Assembly: GCA_964570365.1 (NCBI GenBank)
Contig: CAZMXT010000001.1
Coordinates: forward strand, 73,440-137,439
Length of the DNA stretch: 64,000 nt
Direction of reading: 5' to 3'
Source of the DNA: an uncultured Pseudomonadales bacterium
Lineage (GTDB): Bacteria > Patescibacteriota > Microgenomatia > UBA1400 > PJMF01
Of this stretch, positions 40,830-51,093 are shown one piece after another. Made by a program: the position numbers and the translations under genes. Positions within the stretch are counted from its first letter, which is position 1, and the number at the start of each line of letters is the position of its first letter. The notes beneath the pieces are model-generated. The model was not told where the DNA came from, made no database searches, and saw nothing but the letters and a program-made list of their open reading frames with translations.

Positions 40830-41506
40830 TTTTTCTCCTGCCGACTTTGAGATTTGCGCCACGCCTCAATGAGCTTGTGATGCCCTTGGAGCAAGATTTC
40901 CGGAACTTGCCAACCCTGGTACTCTACTGGTCGAGTGTATTGAGGATGTCCAAGAAAGCCCACTGCCGAGTGTGACTCATTCGTCGTGCTACTTTCATTT
41001 CCTAGCACTCCTTCGATGAGTCTGCTAATCGCGTCCACCATCACTAAAGCGGCAGGCTCACCGCCAGTCAACACGAAATCTCCTATCCGCAACTCTTCAT
41101 CTGCCAAGTGCCAAGCTACACGCTCATCGACGCCTTCATAGTGTCCACAAATAATCACCAGCTCATCCAGCTGTGACAACTCAACTGCTTTTTCTTGAGT
41201 AAAGGCCTGACCTTTGGCTGAAGTTAAGATTACTCGGGACTTACGTGCTGCTCGATTTGGGTCATGCTCTTTATCTTTGTACCCTAAATCATACAACGCT
41301 GCATGGATGGGTTCTACCTTCATTACCATCCCTGGACCGCCACCAAATGGTCGGTCATCAGTGGTTTGATGCTTATCGGTCGCAAAGTCACGGATATTAA
41401 TAAGCTGGTACTCATTGATCCCTTTTGCATCTGCGCGCTTCAACATTGACGTCGAAAAAGGAGAGCTAAAAAACTCTGGAAAAAGGGTCAGTACTTTAAA
41501 TCTCAT
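40826..41506 (-). CDS. trmD: tRNA (guanine-37-N1)-methyltransferase
   Basis: TLFPEFF; DDRPFGGGPGMVM; CGHYEGVDER; GDFVLTGGE; YTRP. Confidence 0.97.
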   Translation of the reverse strand: MRFKVLTLFPEFFSSPFSTSMLKRADAKGINEYQLINIRDFATDKHQTTDDRPFGGGPGMVMKVEPIHAALYDLGYKDKEHDPNRAARKSRVILTSAKGQAFTQEKAVELSQLDELVIICGHYEGVDERVAWHLADEELRIGDFVLTGGEPAALVMVDAISRLIEGVLGNESSTTNESHSAVGFLGHPQYTRPVEYQGWQVPEILLQGHHKLIEAWRKSQSRQEKN

Positions 41507-41557
41507 GACAGAATTATACTCGCCCTGCTATACTCTACCAATTAGCGTCTTAGACTT

Positions 41558-42850
41558 ATGAATATTTGCATCATTGGTACTGGTTTTGTAGGAGTTGTAG
41601 CGGCTGCTGTGTATGCCTCACTTGGGCATACTGTGATTGGATTGGATGTCGATTTGGCCAAAATTGAGAAGTTGCGTCAGGGAATCGTGCCTTTTTTTGA
41701 ACCTCAGTTAAAAGAGTTACTGATTGAGCAACAAAGCTTGGGTAAACTAAGCTTCACCACTGAGTATAAAGTGGCTATTTCCAACTCTGAAATTGTGATT
41801 ATTGCCGTAGGAACTCCTTCTGCTCCTGACGGTCAAGCCGATTTAAAGTATGTGGTTGCTTCGGCAGAATCATTAGCACCTTTTCTGAAAGAAAAAGCCA
41901 TCGTCATCATCAAGTCTACGGTTCCACCCGGCACATTGCCTAAAATAGAAGATGTAATTCGCCGGAAGACACAGGTAAAGTTTTTTACTGCTTCACTGCC
42001 TGAATTCTTGAAAGAAGGCAGCGCTGTGCATGACACCCTTAATCCAGATCGAATCGTGATTGGTGCAACCGACCCTTTTGTTTTTGCAACACTGGAAGCT
42101 CTGCACGCTCCATTTGAAGCCCATATCGTTAAAGTTCGACCTGAGTCTGCTCAAATGGCCAAGTATGCTGCCAATGCTTACCTAGCTACTAGAATTACCT
42201 TTATTAATCAAATTGCTGATTTGTGCGAAAAGAATGGAGCTGACATTCAGGATGTGATCGAGGCCATTGGCTATGACAAAAGAATTGGCAAACATTATTG
42301 GTATCCTGGATTTGGCTATGGTGGCTCCTGTTTTCCCAAAGATGTCAAAGAGCTAGCTGCCTACTCACGTGCCATAAATGAAGAGCATAATCTCTTGAAT
42401 AAAATTAATGAACTGAATGAGCAACGAGTAGCTAAACTGCTGGATTCATACAAAGATAGAATTGGTGGTTGGCAAGGCAAAAAAGTGGCTGTTCTCGGCC
42501 TGTCTTTCAAACCAAATACTGATGACATGCGTGAGGCCCCCAGCACTAGAGTTATTCCTTATTTGCTAGAACACGGAGCTATGGTTACTGGATATGACCC
42601 AAAAACCGTTGAGGTTGCGCCCCACTTCATTCCCGCCAATGAGCACTTGAGTTTCACCGAAGATCTCAATGCTGCAGTCGAAGGTACAGACGTGATTTTC
42701 AGCTTAATTGAGTGGCCAGAAATTACCACCTACGACTTTAGCTCGGCTAGAAATAAGGATAAAACACAGTGGTTTATTGATGCCCGCAATCAATTCTCGC
42801 CTGCCAGAGTCAGTGAGTGGGGTTTTGAGTACATTGGAATAGGAAGATAG
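41558..42850 (+). CDS. ugd: UDP-glucose/GDP-mannose 6-dehydrogenase
   Basis: GTGFVG; AVGTP; KSTVP; PEFLKEG; GYGGSCFPKD; FKPNTDDMRE. Confidence 0.92.
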   Translation: MNICIIGTGFVGVVAAAVYASLGHTVIGLDVDLAKIEKLRQGIVPFFEPQLKELLIEQQSLGKLSFTTEYKVAISNSEIVIIAVGTPSAPDGQADLKYVVASAESLAPFLKEKAIVIIKSTVPPGTLPKIEDVIRRKTQVKFFTASLPEFLKEGSAVHDTLNPDRIVIGATDPFVFATLEALHAPFEAHIVKVRPESAQMAKYAANAYLATRITFINQIADLCEKNGADIQDVIEAIGYDKRIGKHYWYPGFGYGGSCFPKDVKELAAYSRAINEEHNLLNKINELNEQRVAKLLDSYKDRIGGWQGKKVAVLGLSFKPNTDDMREAPSTRVIPYLLEHGAMVTGYDPKTVEVAPHFIPANEHLSFTEDLNAAVEGTDVIFSLIEWPEITTYDFSSARNKDKTQWFIDARNQFSPARVSEWGFEYIGIGR

Positions 42851-42861
42851 AAATTGCGAAT

Positions 42862-43824
42862 ATGGCAAACCAGACTAAAATTTTAATTACTGGTGGAACG
42901 GGCTTTGCTGGCTCTCACTTGATAGCGGCGCTAAAAAAGAAGGAGTATCAAAATATTCATGTGACTCACTTTGCCTCAACCCAGAACGCGGAGCTAGGCA
43001 AAGAAGTCGTAGTCCATCAGCTTAACTTGACAGACAAATCGAGTGTGGCTGCTTTAATCAAAGAAGTTCAGCCGGAGCAGATATATCACCTGGCTTCGTT
43101 CGCAGCTGTAGGAAAAAGTTTCCAACAGGCTTCGATGATCCTCGAAAATAACATTACTTTGCAGTTGAATGTCCTTGAAGCCATGCGCGAGCACGCTCCT
43201 AAAGCTCGACTTTTATCAATTGGCAGCGCTGAAGAGTATGGTCTGGTCTCTACGGAGATTGCCAAAGCTCACCGTAAAATTAATGAAGAAACAGCCTTAA
43301 ATCCAGTCAATCCATATGCTGTTTCCAAAGTTGCTCAGGATTTGCTGGCAAACGCCTATTTTTTGTCATTTCAACTAGATATTGTCAGAGTCAGACCCTT
43401 CAATCACATTGGCGAAAATCAATCGCCTGATTTTGTCATCCCAGCTTTTGCTAGCCAGATTGTAAAGATTGAAAAAGACCCAGAAAGCAAGCTGAAAGTT
43501 GGCAATTTGGAGAGCATTCGTGACTTTACTGATGTCAAAGATATGGTTCAGGCCTATATTGTTTTGATGGAGAAAGGCAGAGCTGGAACTGTGTACAATA
43601 TTGGTAGTGGAAGGGGGGTAAGAATTAAAGAAGTGCTCGAGACACTGCTTCAATTGGCCAATCAACCCATTCAAGTGGAAGAAGATCCCTCTAGACTACG
43701 CCCTTCAGATGTACCCTACTTTGTAGCTGACATCACCAAGATTCGGGAGCTTGGCTGGGAGCCCAAGATTGAGTTATCACATACTTTAGAACGAGTACTA
43801 AATGAATGGAGATCCAAAGCATGA
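42862..43824 (+). CDS. rmd: GDP-4-keto-6-deoxy-D-mannose reductase (GDP-D-rhamnose synthesis)
   Basis: TGGTGFAG; PYAVSK; RPFNHIG..Q..FVIP.FA.QI; VGNL..IRDFTDV; coupled to gmd. Confidence 0.75.
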   Translation: MANQTKILITGGTGFAGSHLIAALKKKEYQNIHVTHFASTQNAELGKEVVVHQLNLTDKSSVAALIKEVQPEQIYHLASFAAVGKSFQQASMILENNITLQLNVLEAMREHAPKARLLSIGSAEEYGLVSTEIAKAHRKINEETALNPVNPYAVSKVAQDLLANAYFLSFQLDIVRVRPFNHIGENQSPDFVIPAFASQIVKIEKDPESKLKVGNLESIRDFTDVKDMVQAYIVLMEKGRAGTVYNIGSGRGVRIKEVLETLLQLANQPIQVEEDPSRLRPSDVPYFVADITKIRELGWEPKIELSHTLERVLNEWRSKA

Positions 43825-44795
43825 AAAAAGCGTTTATAACTGGGATAACCGGCCAAGATGGTTCGTACCTAGCTGAATCACTCTTAGAAAAGGGCTATCA
43901 AGTGTATGGCTTAAATCGCCGGACAAGCACCCAAAATTTTGAACGGATTCAATCAATTATTCACAACCCAAACCTGCAGTTGGTTTCTGGTGACTTACTC
44001 GATCAGCATTCCCTGACTGTCGCCTTGAAGGATATTCAACCTGATGAAGTGTACAACTTGGCTGCTCAGTCATTTGTTAAAACGAGTTGGGACCAACCAG
44101 TTCTGACTGGTGAGTTCACTGCTCTGGGGGTGACGCGAATGCTTGAAGCCGTGCGTTTTGCTTGCCCACAAGCTCGTTTCTACCAAGCTAGTTCTTCCGA
44201 GATGTTTGGTAAAGTTCAGGAGGTACCTCAAACCGAAGACACGCCTTTCTACCCTCGCTCGCCTTACGGCGTTGCGAAGGCATACGGACACTGGATTACA
44301 GTCAACTACCGCGAATCTTTTGATCTCTTTGCGTGCTCGGGCCTACTCTTTAATCATGAGTCTCCTCGCCGTGGCTTAGAGTTCGTAACTCGCAAAATTG
44401 CCAATGCCGTAGCTCGAGTGAAGTTAGGAAAACAACAGCATGTAGAACTGGGCAATATGGAAGCCAAGCGTGACTGGGGCTATGCCAAAGACTATGTTGA
44501 AGCCATGTGGTTAATGCTTCAACAAGATAAGCCTGAAGACTATGTCATTGCTACCGGAGAAACTCATTCTGTACAAGAATTTTTAGAGCTGTCATGTCAA
44601 GTGGCTGGGATTCAAGATTGGCAATCTATTTATAAACATAACCCTAGCTATGACCGACCAGCAGAAGTAGATCTCCTGATCGGAAACCCTTCAAAAGCCA
44701 AGCAAAAATTAGGTTGGAAACCCACCATTACCTTCTCACAACTAGTTGAGTTAATGGTTTTAGCTGAGCTTAAAATAGAAAGTGCTGCTCAATGA
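43821..44795 (+). CDS. gmd: GDP-mannose 4,6-dehydratase
   Basis: [11 protein letters not shown]; YNLAAQS; QASSSE; PRSPYGVAK; [13 protein letters not shown]. Confidence 0.97.
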   Translation: MKKAFITGITGQDGSYLAESLLEKGYQVYGLNRRTSTQNFERIQSIIHNPNLQLVSGDLLDQHSLTVALKDIQPDEVYNLAAQSFVKTSWDQPVLTGEFTALGVTRMLEAVRFACPQARFYQASSSEMFGKVQEVPQTEDTPFYPRSPYGVAKAYGHWITVNYRESFDLFACSGLLFNHESPRRGLEFVTRKIANAVARVKLGKQQHVELGNMEAKRDWGYAKDYVEAMWLMLQQDKPEDYVIATGETHSVQEFLELSCQVAGIQDWQSIYKHNPSYDRPAEVDLLIGNPSKAKQKLGWKPTITFSQLVELMVLAELKIESAAQ

Positions 44796-45964
44796 AGAAG
44801 GCCTTTGTCATCATTCCCACCTACAATGAGCGTGAGAACATCGCCAAAGTAATCCCTTTGCTACTAGAAGTGTTTAGTAAAGTAGCTGATTGGGACATGA
44901 ATATTTTGGTGGTAGATGATAATTCTCCAGATAGAACTTCTGAAGTGGTTCAAGAACTACAAAAAAAATCCAAAAATATCTTCTTACTCTTAAACCCTCA
45001 CAAGTCGGGTCTGGGCGGAGCCTACTTAAAAGCTATGGCCAAGGCTTTTGATGAACTCAATGCCGACGTGGTTTTTGAGTTTGATGCAGATCTATCTCAT
45101 GATCCAACCAAAATTCCCAATTTCCTTAAAAAAATTGATCAGGGGTATGACATGGTACTGGGTTCTCGCTATATTTCTGGTGGTGGCATACCAGAAAACT
45201 GGGGACTCCATCGAAAGCTTTTAAGCGTCATTGGAAACTTGAGTATTATGTTAGTCCTGACAGACTTCCGAATCAGAGACTGGACCGGTGGCTACCGCGC
45301 TATCACCCGCAAAGTCTATGAAGCAGTTCATCCCGAGCTGCACAGTGAGCGATTCACCGGCTACACTTTTCAGATTGGCTTTTTACACAAGGCAGTTAAA
45401 AAAGGATTTAGCATTACCGAAGTACCTTTTAAGTTTGTAGATCGAGAGGTGGGTGAATCCAAGCTTGGGATGGAGTATATTAAAAATACGCTGTTATACA
45501 TTTTTCGCGTTCGCACTAAAGAAATCCTAACTAATCGAATTTTTAAGTTTATCGTGACTGGTAGCGTGGGAGCTCTTGTTCAGCTCTTATCCCTGCAGTT
45601 CTGGCGCAAATCATTCCCATATGAAGCTGCGTATTTTATCTCCTTAGAGACTGCTATTCTCTCTAACTTTATCTTAAGTAACTTCTGGACCTTTGCTGAC
45701 CGGAAGCCCAAACTTAGTCAGTACCCTAGTAAATTCGCCCAGTTTAACTTTGCATCAGCTGGATCGATCGTTGTCCAATTAATTATTGCGACAGCTGGTA
45801 AAAATCTGATTGGTTTGCATAGTCTCCTTACTGTACCGTTCATTAACTTAGAGATTGATACTGGTCTGATTTATGCAGTGATTGGGATTCTGGTCGGCAT
45901 GTCCTGGAACTTCTTCGCCTATAGTCGTTTTATTTGGAAAAAGCCACCAACTAAGGGGTCTTAG
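44792..45964 (+). CDS. Polyprenol-phosphate mannose synthase (DPM1/Ppm1-like GT2) fused to a C-terminal GtrA-like membrane domain
   Basis: [10 protein letters not shown]; DDNSPD; GLG.AY; DADLSH; GSRY; D.TGGYR; F.DRE.GESK; then KF..G..NF..W.F and a 4-TM tail. Confidence 0.88.
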   Translation: MKKAFVIIPTYNERENIAKVIPLLLEVFSKVADWDMNILVVDDNSPDRTSEVVQELQKKSKNIFLLLNPHKSGLGGAYLKAMAKAFDELNADVVFEFDADLSHDPTKIPNFLKKIDQGYDMVLGSRYISGGGIPENWGLHRKLLSVIGNLSIMLVLTDFRIRDWTGGYRAITRKVYEAVHPELHSERFTGYTFQIGFLHKAVKKGFSITEVPFKFVDREVGESKLGMEYIKNTLLYIFRVRTKEILTNRIFKFIVTGSVGALVQLLSLQFWRKSFPYEAAYFISLETAILSNFILSNFWTFADRKPKLSQYPSKFAQFNFASAGSIVVQLIIATAGKNLIGLHSLLTVPFINLEIDTGLIYAVIGILVGMSWNFFAYSRFIWKKPPTKGS

Positions 45965-45981
45965 TCTAGAGTTAACCTTAT

Positions 45982-47523
45982 ATGCTCGGTTTTCCCACTC
46001 TTTCTTCCATAAAACAGCGGATCAAAAAAATGAGTGTGATTGAGTGGATTTTAGTGGTGTTGTTGCTCGGGGGAGGCTTTTTACGTTTGTGGAACTTTCG
46101 CAATACTTTGGAGTTTCTCGGTGATCAAGGTCGTGACGTAATCGTCGCCAGTCGTATCTTTAGAGACCATGACCTTGTTTTGATTGGACCGGTCACCAGT
46201 ACAGGAGACATGTATCTGGGTCCCCTGTACTACTACTTCATGGTTCCATTTCTGTTTCTTAGTTTCCCCAATCCCATTGGACCAGCCTACGCAGTTGCAG
46301 CCCTTTCTATTCTGACTATCTTCCTGATGTACCAGCTAGGGAAGGAAATCGTCGGCCAAAAAGCGGCCATACTTGGGGCATTCTTTTTTGCGTTTTCGAG
46401 TGTCGCGGTCAGGTTTGCCCGCTTTAGTTGGAACCCTAATCCTGCGCCTTTACTCTCAATCATTTTTATCTGGGCATTGTGTAGAGCGCGCCTGAAAAGC
46501 CATTGGTACTTTGTACTGGCTGCTGCCTGCATTGCCATCTTAATCCAACTTCACTACGTAGCTTTATTGACCGTGCCAATGGCAGGTCTGGTGTGGCTAG
46601 CAGAGGCATTTAAACTGCGTCAGAAAGCAAGTATGGCGAAAAGATTCCTTGCTGCCACTCTAGTCTCACTGCTCCTGTTTGTGGCTTCATTGGCACCTTT
46701 AATTGCCTTTGACATTCGACACGATTACTTGAACTTTAACTCTTTAAAGTCCTTTATTGCTGACAGCCAGGACCCGCTGGAAGCCCAATCTATCAGCGAA
46801 AAGATTGCTACCACCCTCAAAGAGACACATGGCAGAAGTTTGCACATCTTCTTTGAAGTCTCCATTGGTAAACAAAGAACCCTAAATACTGTACTACTCA
46901 TCGGTGTCTTAGCAGCTCTAGTCATCATGTTAACTAAAAAGAAGAATGAGTGGAGAGATGGCCTCAGGTTACTTTTTCTTATCTACGTCGTGAGTGTTTT
47001 GGGTTTGTCTTTCTATCGCGGTTCTGTCTTTGACCACTATATTTCCTTCTTATTTCCCGCCACTTTCCTCATCTTTGGCAGTGTCCTAACCTGGATTAGT
47101 CAACATAAACTTGGAAAGCTGCTTGCAATCATTTTGATTGGAATTTTCCTTGGGTGGAATATTCCGCGCTACCCTTTGCGCACTCTGGGCTGGACAGTAG
47201 ATGAAATGCAGCAAACCAGCCAGACAGTGCTAGATCGAGTGAAACCAGGAGAAAAATATAACGTAATTTTACTTTCAGAATCAAAGGATATTTACGGTCA
47301 GAATTATCAGTACTTTCTACATGCTTCTGACAAACCGCCAGTACGACTTGAACAACTAGGAGAGGCCAGTAAATTATTTATAATTGATGAGCAACGACTG
47401 CCGATTGATGTAACCCAAATGCCAATTTATGAAATTGTCGTATTTCCCAATAAGAAGCCGACTGAAGTGTATACTATACAAGACGGTCCCCGTATTACAG
47501 TTCTGAAGAAAGAAGATGACTAA
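45982..47523 (+). CDS. GT-C glycosyltransferase (ArnT-like; paralog of 11292)
   Basis: GDQGRD; LIGPVTS; GPLYYY; RFSWNPN; QLHY. Confidence 0.82.
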   Translation: MLGFPTLSSIKQRIKKMSVIEWILVVLLLGGGFLRLWNFRNTLEFLGDQGRDVIVASRIFRDHDLVLIGPVTSTGDMYLGPLYYYFMVPFLFLSFPNPIGPAYAVAALSILTIFLMYQLGKEIVGQKAAILGAFFFAFSSVAVRFARFSWNPNPAPLLSIIFIWALCRARLKSHWYFVLAAACIAILIQLHYVALLTVPMAGLVWLAEAFKLRQKASMAKRFLAATLVSLLLFVASLAPLIAFDIRHDYLNFNSLKSFIADSQDPLEAQSISEKIATTLKETHGRSLHIFFEVSIGKQRTLNTVLLIGVLAALVIMLTKKKNEWRDGLRLLFLIYVVSVLGLSFYRGSVFDHYISFLFPATFLIFGSVLTWISQHKLGKLLAIILIGIFLGWNIPRYPLRTLGWTVDEMQQTSQTVLDRVKPGEKYNVILLSESKDIYGQNYQYFLHASDKPPVRLEQLGEASKLFIIDEQRLPIDVTQMPIYEIVVFPNKKPTEVYTIQDGPRITVLKKEDD

Positions 47524-47532
47524 TTCTTTTGT

Positions 47533-48309
47533 ATGGCTAACTATCGCCTTCACCTCTCAATTGTAATTCCTTCTTATAATGAAGCCAAAAATATTCATCG
47601 AGGAGTTCTTACATCTCTGGCGGAACATTTGTCAAAACTAGAAGGCTCATGGGAAGTTATTTTTAGTGACGATGGCTCAAACGATGAAACAGTTCCCTTA
47701 ATTCGCGAGTTTATTCAAAAGTATTCCAAGCAATTTCCTGACCAGCTTTCCATCTTAGAGAACATTCACGCTGGCAAGGGACCAACCGTCCAAGCTGGAA
47801 TGTTAAAGGCTCAAGGAAAGTATCGTCTTTTTACCGACTTTGACCAATCTACACCCCTAAATGAAGTCAAGAAGTTACTCAAGCATGCTCAGGAAAATTA
47901 CCCAGTAGTGATTGGTTCTCGAGAGATTGAAGGCGCCCATCGAGACCGCGAACCCCTACATCGTCACTTAATGGGACGGGGCTTCAACTTGCTCGTCCAG
48001 ATATTAGCCATACCCGGCATCTATGACACCCAGTGTGGCTTTAAACTTTTCAGCGCAGAAGCTACTGAGCAACTTTTTAGTAAGTTGTATGTGTACGGCA
48101 AACGATCTGCTCGTCAAGATGCTTTCACTGGTGCTTTTGACGTCGAGGCCCTTTACCTAGCAAAAAAATATGGCTTCAAAATTAAAGAAGTCCCTATTCA
48201 GTGGGAGCACAATGAAACCGATCGAGTTAGTCCTGTGAGAGACTCAGTCAGGATGCTCCGAGATATCTTCAGAATCAGGATTGCAGATCTAAATGGAAAG
48301 TATACATAA
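47533..48309 (+). CDS. Polyprenyl-phosphate glucosyltransferase (Alg5-like GT2)
   Basis: IPSYNE; DDGS; GKG; FTDFDQSTP; IGSR; DTQCGFKLF; FDVE. Confidence 0.88.
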   Translation: MANYRLHLSIVIPSYNEAKNIHRGVLTSLAEHLSKLEGSWEVIFSDDGSNDETVPLIREFIQKYSKQFPDQLSILENIHAGKGPTVQAGMLKAQGKYRLFTDFDQSTPLNEVKKLLKHAQENYPVVIGSREIEGAHRDREPLHRHLMGRGFNLLVQILAIPGIYDTQCGFKLFSAEATEQLFSKLYVYGKRSARQDAFTGAFDVEALYLAKKYGFKIKEVPIQWEHNETDRVSPVRDSVRMLRDIFRIRIADLNGKYT

Positions 48310-48311
48310 AG

Positions 48312-49532
48312 ATGCGCAGCTCTGCCTTTCTACTTGCCTGTAGTTTTTACTTTATACTCCTTACTTTTTACGCCGTTGCTTCTTTTGCGCTAACCGATCC
48401 AAATTTGGTGCTGACGAGCTGGCCACCCTTCTGGAACTTCCAACAGTGGATGTGGCAAACTTTCTTTCTCAATCGCCAACTTTTAGCTAGCACCTTTGGC
48501 GCTTTATTCATCGGCATGTTTGCTTCCTACTTATGCGTTGTACGAGCAGTTCAGCAACAAAGTCCCAAGCAAATTTTCTTGATCAGCTTGGTATTCGCTT
48601 TTCCATTACTCCTTTCCTATAACGCTTTATCGCACGACGTTTTCAATTATATTTTTAATGCCAAGATGGCTGTAATCTATCACGCCAACCCACATCAGCA
48701 CGTCGCCCTTGATTTTGCTCAAGATACCTGGACACGTTTCATGCATAACACACACACACCCGCACCGTATGGGTATGGCTGGACTCTATTTTCGCTCATA
48801 CCATTTCTGCTAGGAGTGGGTAAATTTACTTTCACTTGGCTTCTTTTCCGACTTACTAGCGTACTTAGCTTAGCTGTGCTTTTCTTCTCGCTCCAGCAAT
48901 TTCTAAAACAGGACACAAAGTCAGGAAAAAAATTTGCACTTCTTTTTTTTAATCCTTTGCTTTTAATCGAGGTCGTTAGCAACTCCCACAATGACCTCTG
49001 GATGATTGCGCCAGCTATCCTCGGGTTTAGTCTCGTTTTGAGATTAAAAAACAAACTATTTAATACACTTTTCGACCAGATCCTTATTTCCGCCGGACTG
49101 CTTCTCTTTTCTATCTCAGTCAAGTTAGCCACAGTGACTTTACTCCCATTTTGGGCTATCCTTGTCGCAGTTCGGGCGGTTCCTATGAACAACTGGGTTG
49201 GGCGCCCTCAGGACTTCTTAAAAAGGAACCTTCCACTGCTCTGTTCGCTCTGTCTATTCTTACTGCTCTTAACCCCTAGATCTCAACAATTCCATCCTTG
49301 GTACTTGGTTTGGATTTTGGCTTGGCTACCCCTGATTAAACAAAGATTTTGGACGTATGGGGTAGTGATTTTATCCGCCAGCTCTTTACTTCGTTATTTA
49401 CCCTGGATCTGGGCAGGAGGCTTTTCCCCTCTGATTATTCAGCAACAAAAAATGATCACTTGGATCCCACTACTGGTCTTTTCCGTAAGCTGGCTAACTC
49501 TGAGATTCATCAAACCCCGGCTTCAGCTATAA
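48312..49532 (+). CDS. GT-C mannosyltransferase, MptA/MptB-like
   Basis: LSHDVFNY..NP; PYG..W; NPL..E...HND; K; FHPWY..W. Confidence 0.75.
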   Translation: MRSSAFLLACSFYFILLTFYAVASFALTDPNLVLTSWPPFWNFQQWMWQTFFLNRQLLASTFGALFIGMFASYLCVVRAVQQQSPKQIFLISLVFAFPLLLSYNALSHDVFNYIFNAKMAVIYHANPHQHVALDFAQDTWTRFMHNTHTPAPYGYGWTLFSLIPFLLGVGKFTFTWLLFRLTSVLSLAVLFFSLQQFLKQDTKSGKKFALLFFNPLLLIEVVSNSHNDLWMIAPAILGFSLVLRLKNKLFNTLFDQILISAGLLLFSISVKLATVTLLPFWAILVAVRAVPMNNWVGRPQDFLKRNLPLLCSLCLFLLLLTPRSQQFHPWYLVWILAWLPLIKQRFWTYGVVILSASSLLRYLPWIWAGGFSPLIIQQQKMITWIPLLVFSVSWLTLRFIKPRLQL

Positions 49533-49539
49533 TCAAATA

Positions 49540-51093
49540 GTGAAAACTCGTTACCTCTACCTCGGAATCATTTTAACTTACCTGCTTTCTCACTTATGGA
49601 ATCTGAGTGTATTTCCAGTTTTTTCTGATGAAGCTATCTATATTCGCTGGTCGCAATTGATACTAGACGACTGGAAACAGTACTTATTTTTTGCCATGAA
49701 TGACGGCAAAACACCATTATTTATTTGGCTACTTACTCCCTTACAGTTGTTTTTTAGCAATCAATTGGTAGCCGGCAGAATTTTGTCTGTAGCAGTTGGG
49801 CTTGCTCAAGTTCTCGTCATGGGCCAGCTAGTGAAGCAACTTGGTGGGCGACGGCAGACTCAATTTCTGGCCATGCTCTTTTCTACTCTGCTACCATTTT
49901 GGTTTTTTTCTCACCGCGTTGCTTTGATGGACGGTTTATTGACTCTCTTTCTTTCCTTAGCATTTTGGTCGGGGCTGAGGTTGGTTCAAGGGTCACAGAA
50001 AAATCTGCGGCACGCTGCCCCACTAATTACCTTGACTGGCATCTTTACTGGCTTAGCAGTTTGGAGCAAGCTCCCAGCCATTTTCTTTGTCGGTGCATTA
50101 CCACTATTGAGCTCACTGCCTGCCCAGCTAAGTCGGGAGGAAAGGGTCCGTAGATTCTTGTACTTAGGAGTGGCAGCAGGAATCGGTATTTTTATGTTGT
50201 TGCTACTGCGAGTTAGTCCCGCTTTTGGTCAACTGTTCAGTCGTAGTCAAGACTTTACCTACTCTCTAAGTGAAATCATGGTTGAAGGTAAATGGACCCA
50301 GACCTTGCCCAGCTTCCCTACTTACTTTGCATACTTTGGTCAGTATCTCACCTGGCCGGTAGTAGTCTTAAGTTTGGCTGGACTTTTTATGGATACAACC
50401 AGGAGGAAAGTAGCCATATTACTGCTATTTGCTGTAGCCTTCTGTCTGCCCATTACCTTGCTTGGAAAAGTCGTGTACCCTCGCTACTTATTGCCTGGAG
50501 CTATTTTCTTTACCTTGGCCAGCGTACTGACACTCCAAGCAATGCACGATCAAATATTTGTCCTAAAAAAAGCAAAGTCTATGCTTTATCAAGTGATGAT
50601 TGCATTGCTGTTTGCAGCTATTCTGGGAAATATTTTTACTGCTTCTGCCAGCTTTACTGCAGCCTTTACTTTTGCTCCCAATGCAACCCCGTTTGTCTCC
50701 GCTGACCGTCAACAGTACTTGGAGGAATGGTCATCAGGACACGGTATTTCCGAAGTAGCAGCAATGATTAAAGAGGCAGCCAAGACAAGAAAAATTGCAG
50801 TGGCCACAGAAGGCAGATTCGGCACTTTGCCTGACGGCCTACTGCTTTTCTTTCATCGTACGAATACCGAAAACATTTATATTGAAGGCACTGGTCAGTA
50901 CCCAGTCAAGACCTTGCCTGAATTCTTTGTCCAACGAGCTAAATTAGCCAACCAATCATGGTTAATAGTCAACTCCCATCGGATGGAGCTTCCCCTAGAC
51001 GAGTCCAAGTTAATTCGAGAATTTTGCCGACCCAACAACGCGCCCTGTCTTCAGGTCTGGGATGTAACGGATGAGGTGAAAAAGGCCCCTTAG
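49540..51093 (+). CDS. GT-C glycosyltransferase (PMT_2-like)
   Basis: PVFSDEAIYIRW; DGKTPLF.W; R.ALMD; YPRY; GTG start. Confidence 0.82.
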   Translation: MKTRYLYLGIILTYLLSHLWNLSVFPVFSDEAIYIRWSQLILDDWKQYLFFAMNDGKTPLFIWLLTPLQLFFSNQLVAGRILSVAVGLAQVLVMGQLVKQLGGRRQTQFLAMLFSTLLPFWFFSHRVALMDGLLTLFLSLAFWSGLRLVQGSQKNLRHAAPLITLTGIFTGLAVWSKLPAIFFVGALPLLSSLPAQLSREERVRRFLYLGVAAGIGIFMLLLLRVSPAFGQLFSRSQDFTYSLSEIMVEGKWTQTLPSFPTYFAYFGQYLTWPVVVLSLAGLFMDTTRRKVAILLLFAVAFCLPITLLGKVVYPRYLLPGAIFFTLASVLTLQAMHDQIFVLKKAKSMLYQVMIALLFAAILGNIFTASASFTAAFTFAPNATPFVSADRQQYLEEWSSGHGISEVAAMIKEAAKTRKIAVATEGRFGTLPDGLLLFFHRTNTENIYIEGTGQYPVKTLPEFFVQRAKLANQSWLIVNSHRMELPLDESKLIREFCRPNNAPCLQVWDVTDEVKKAP

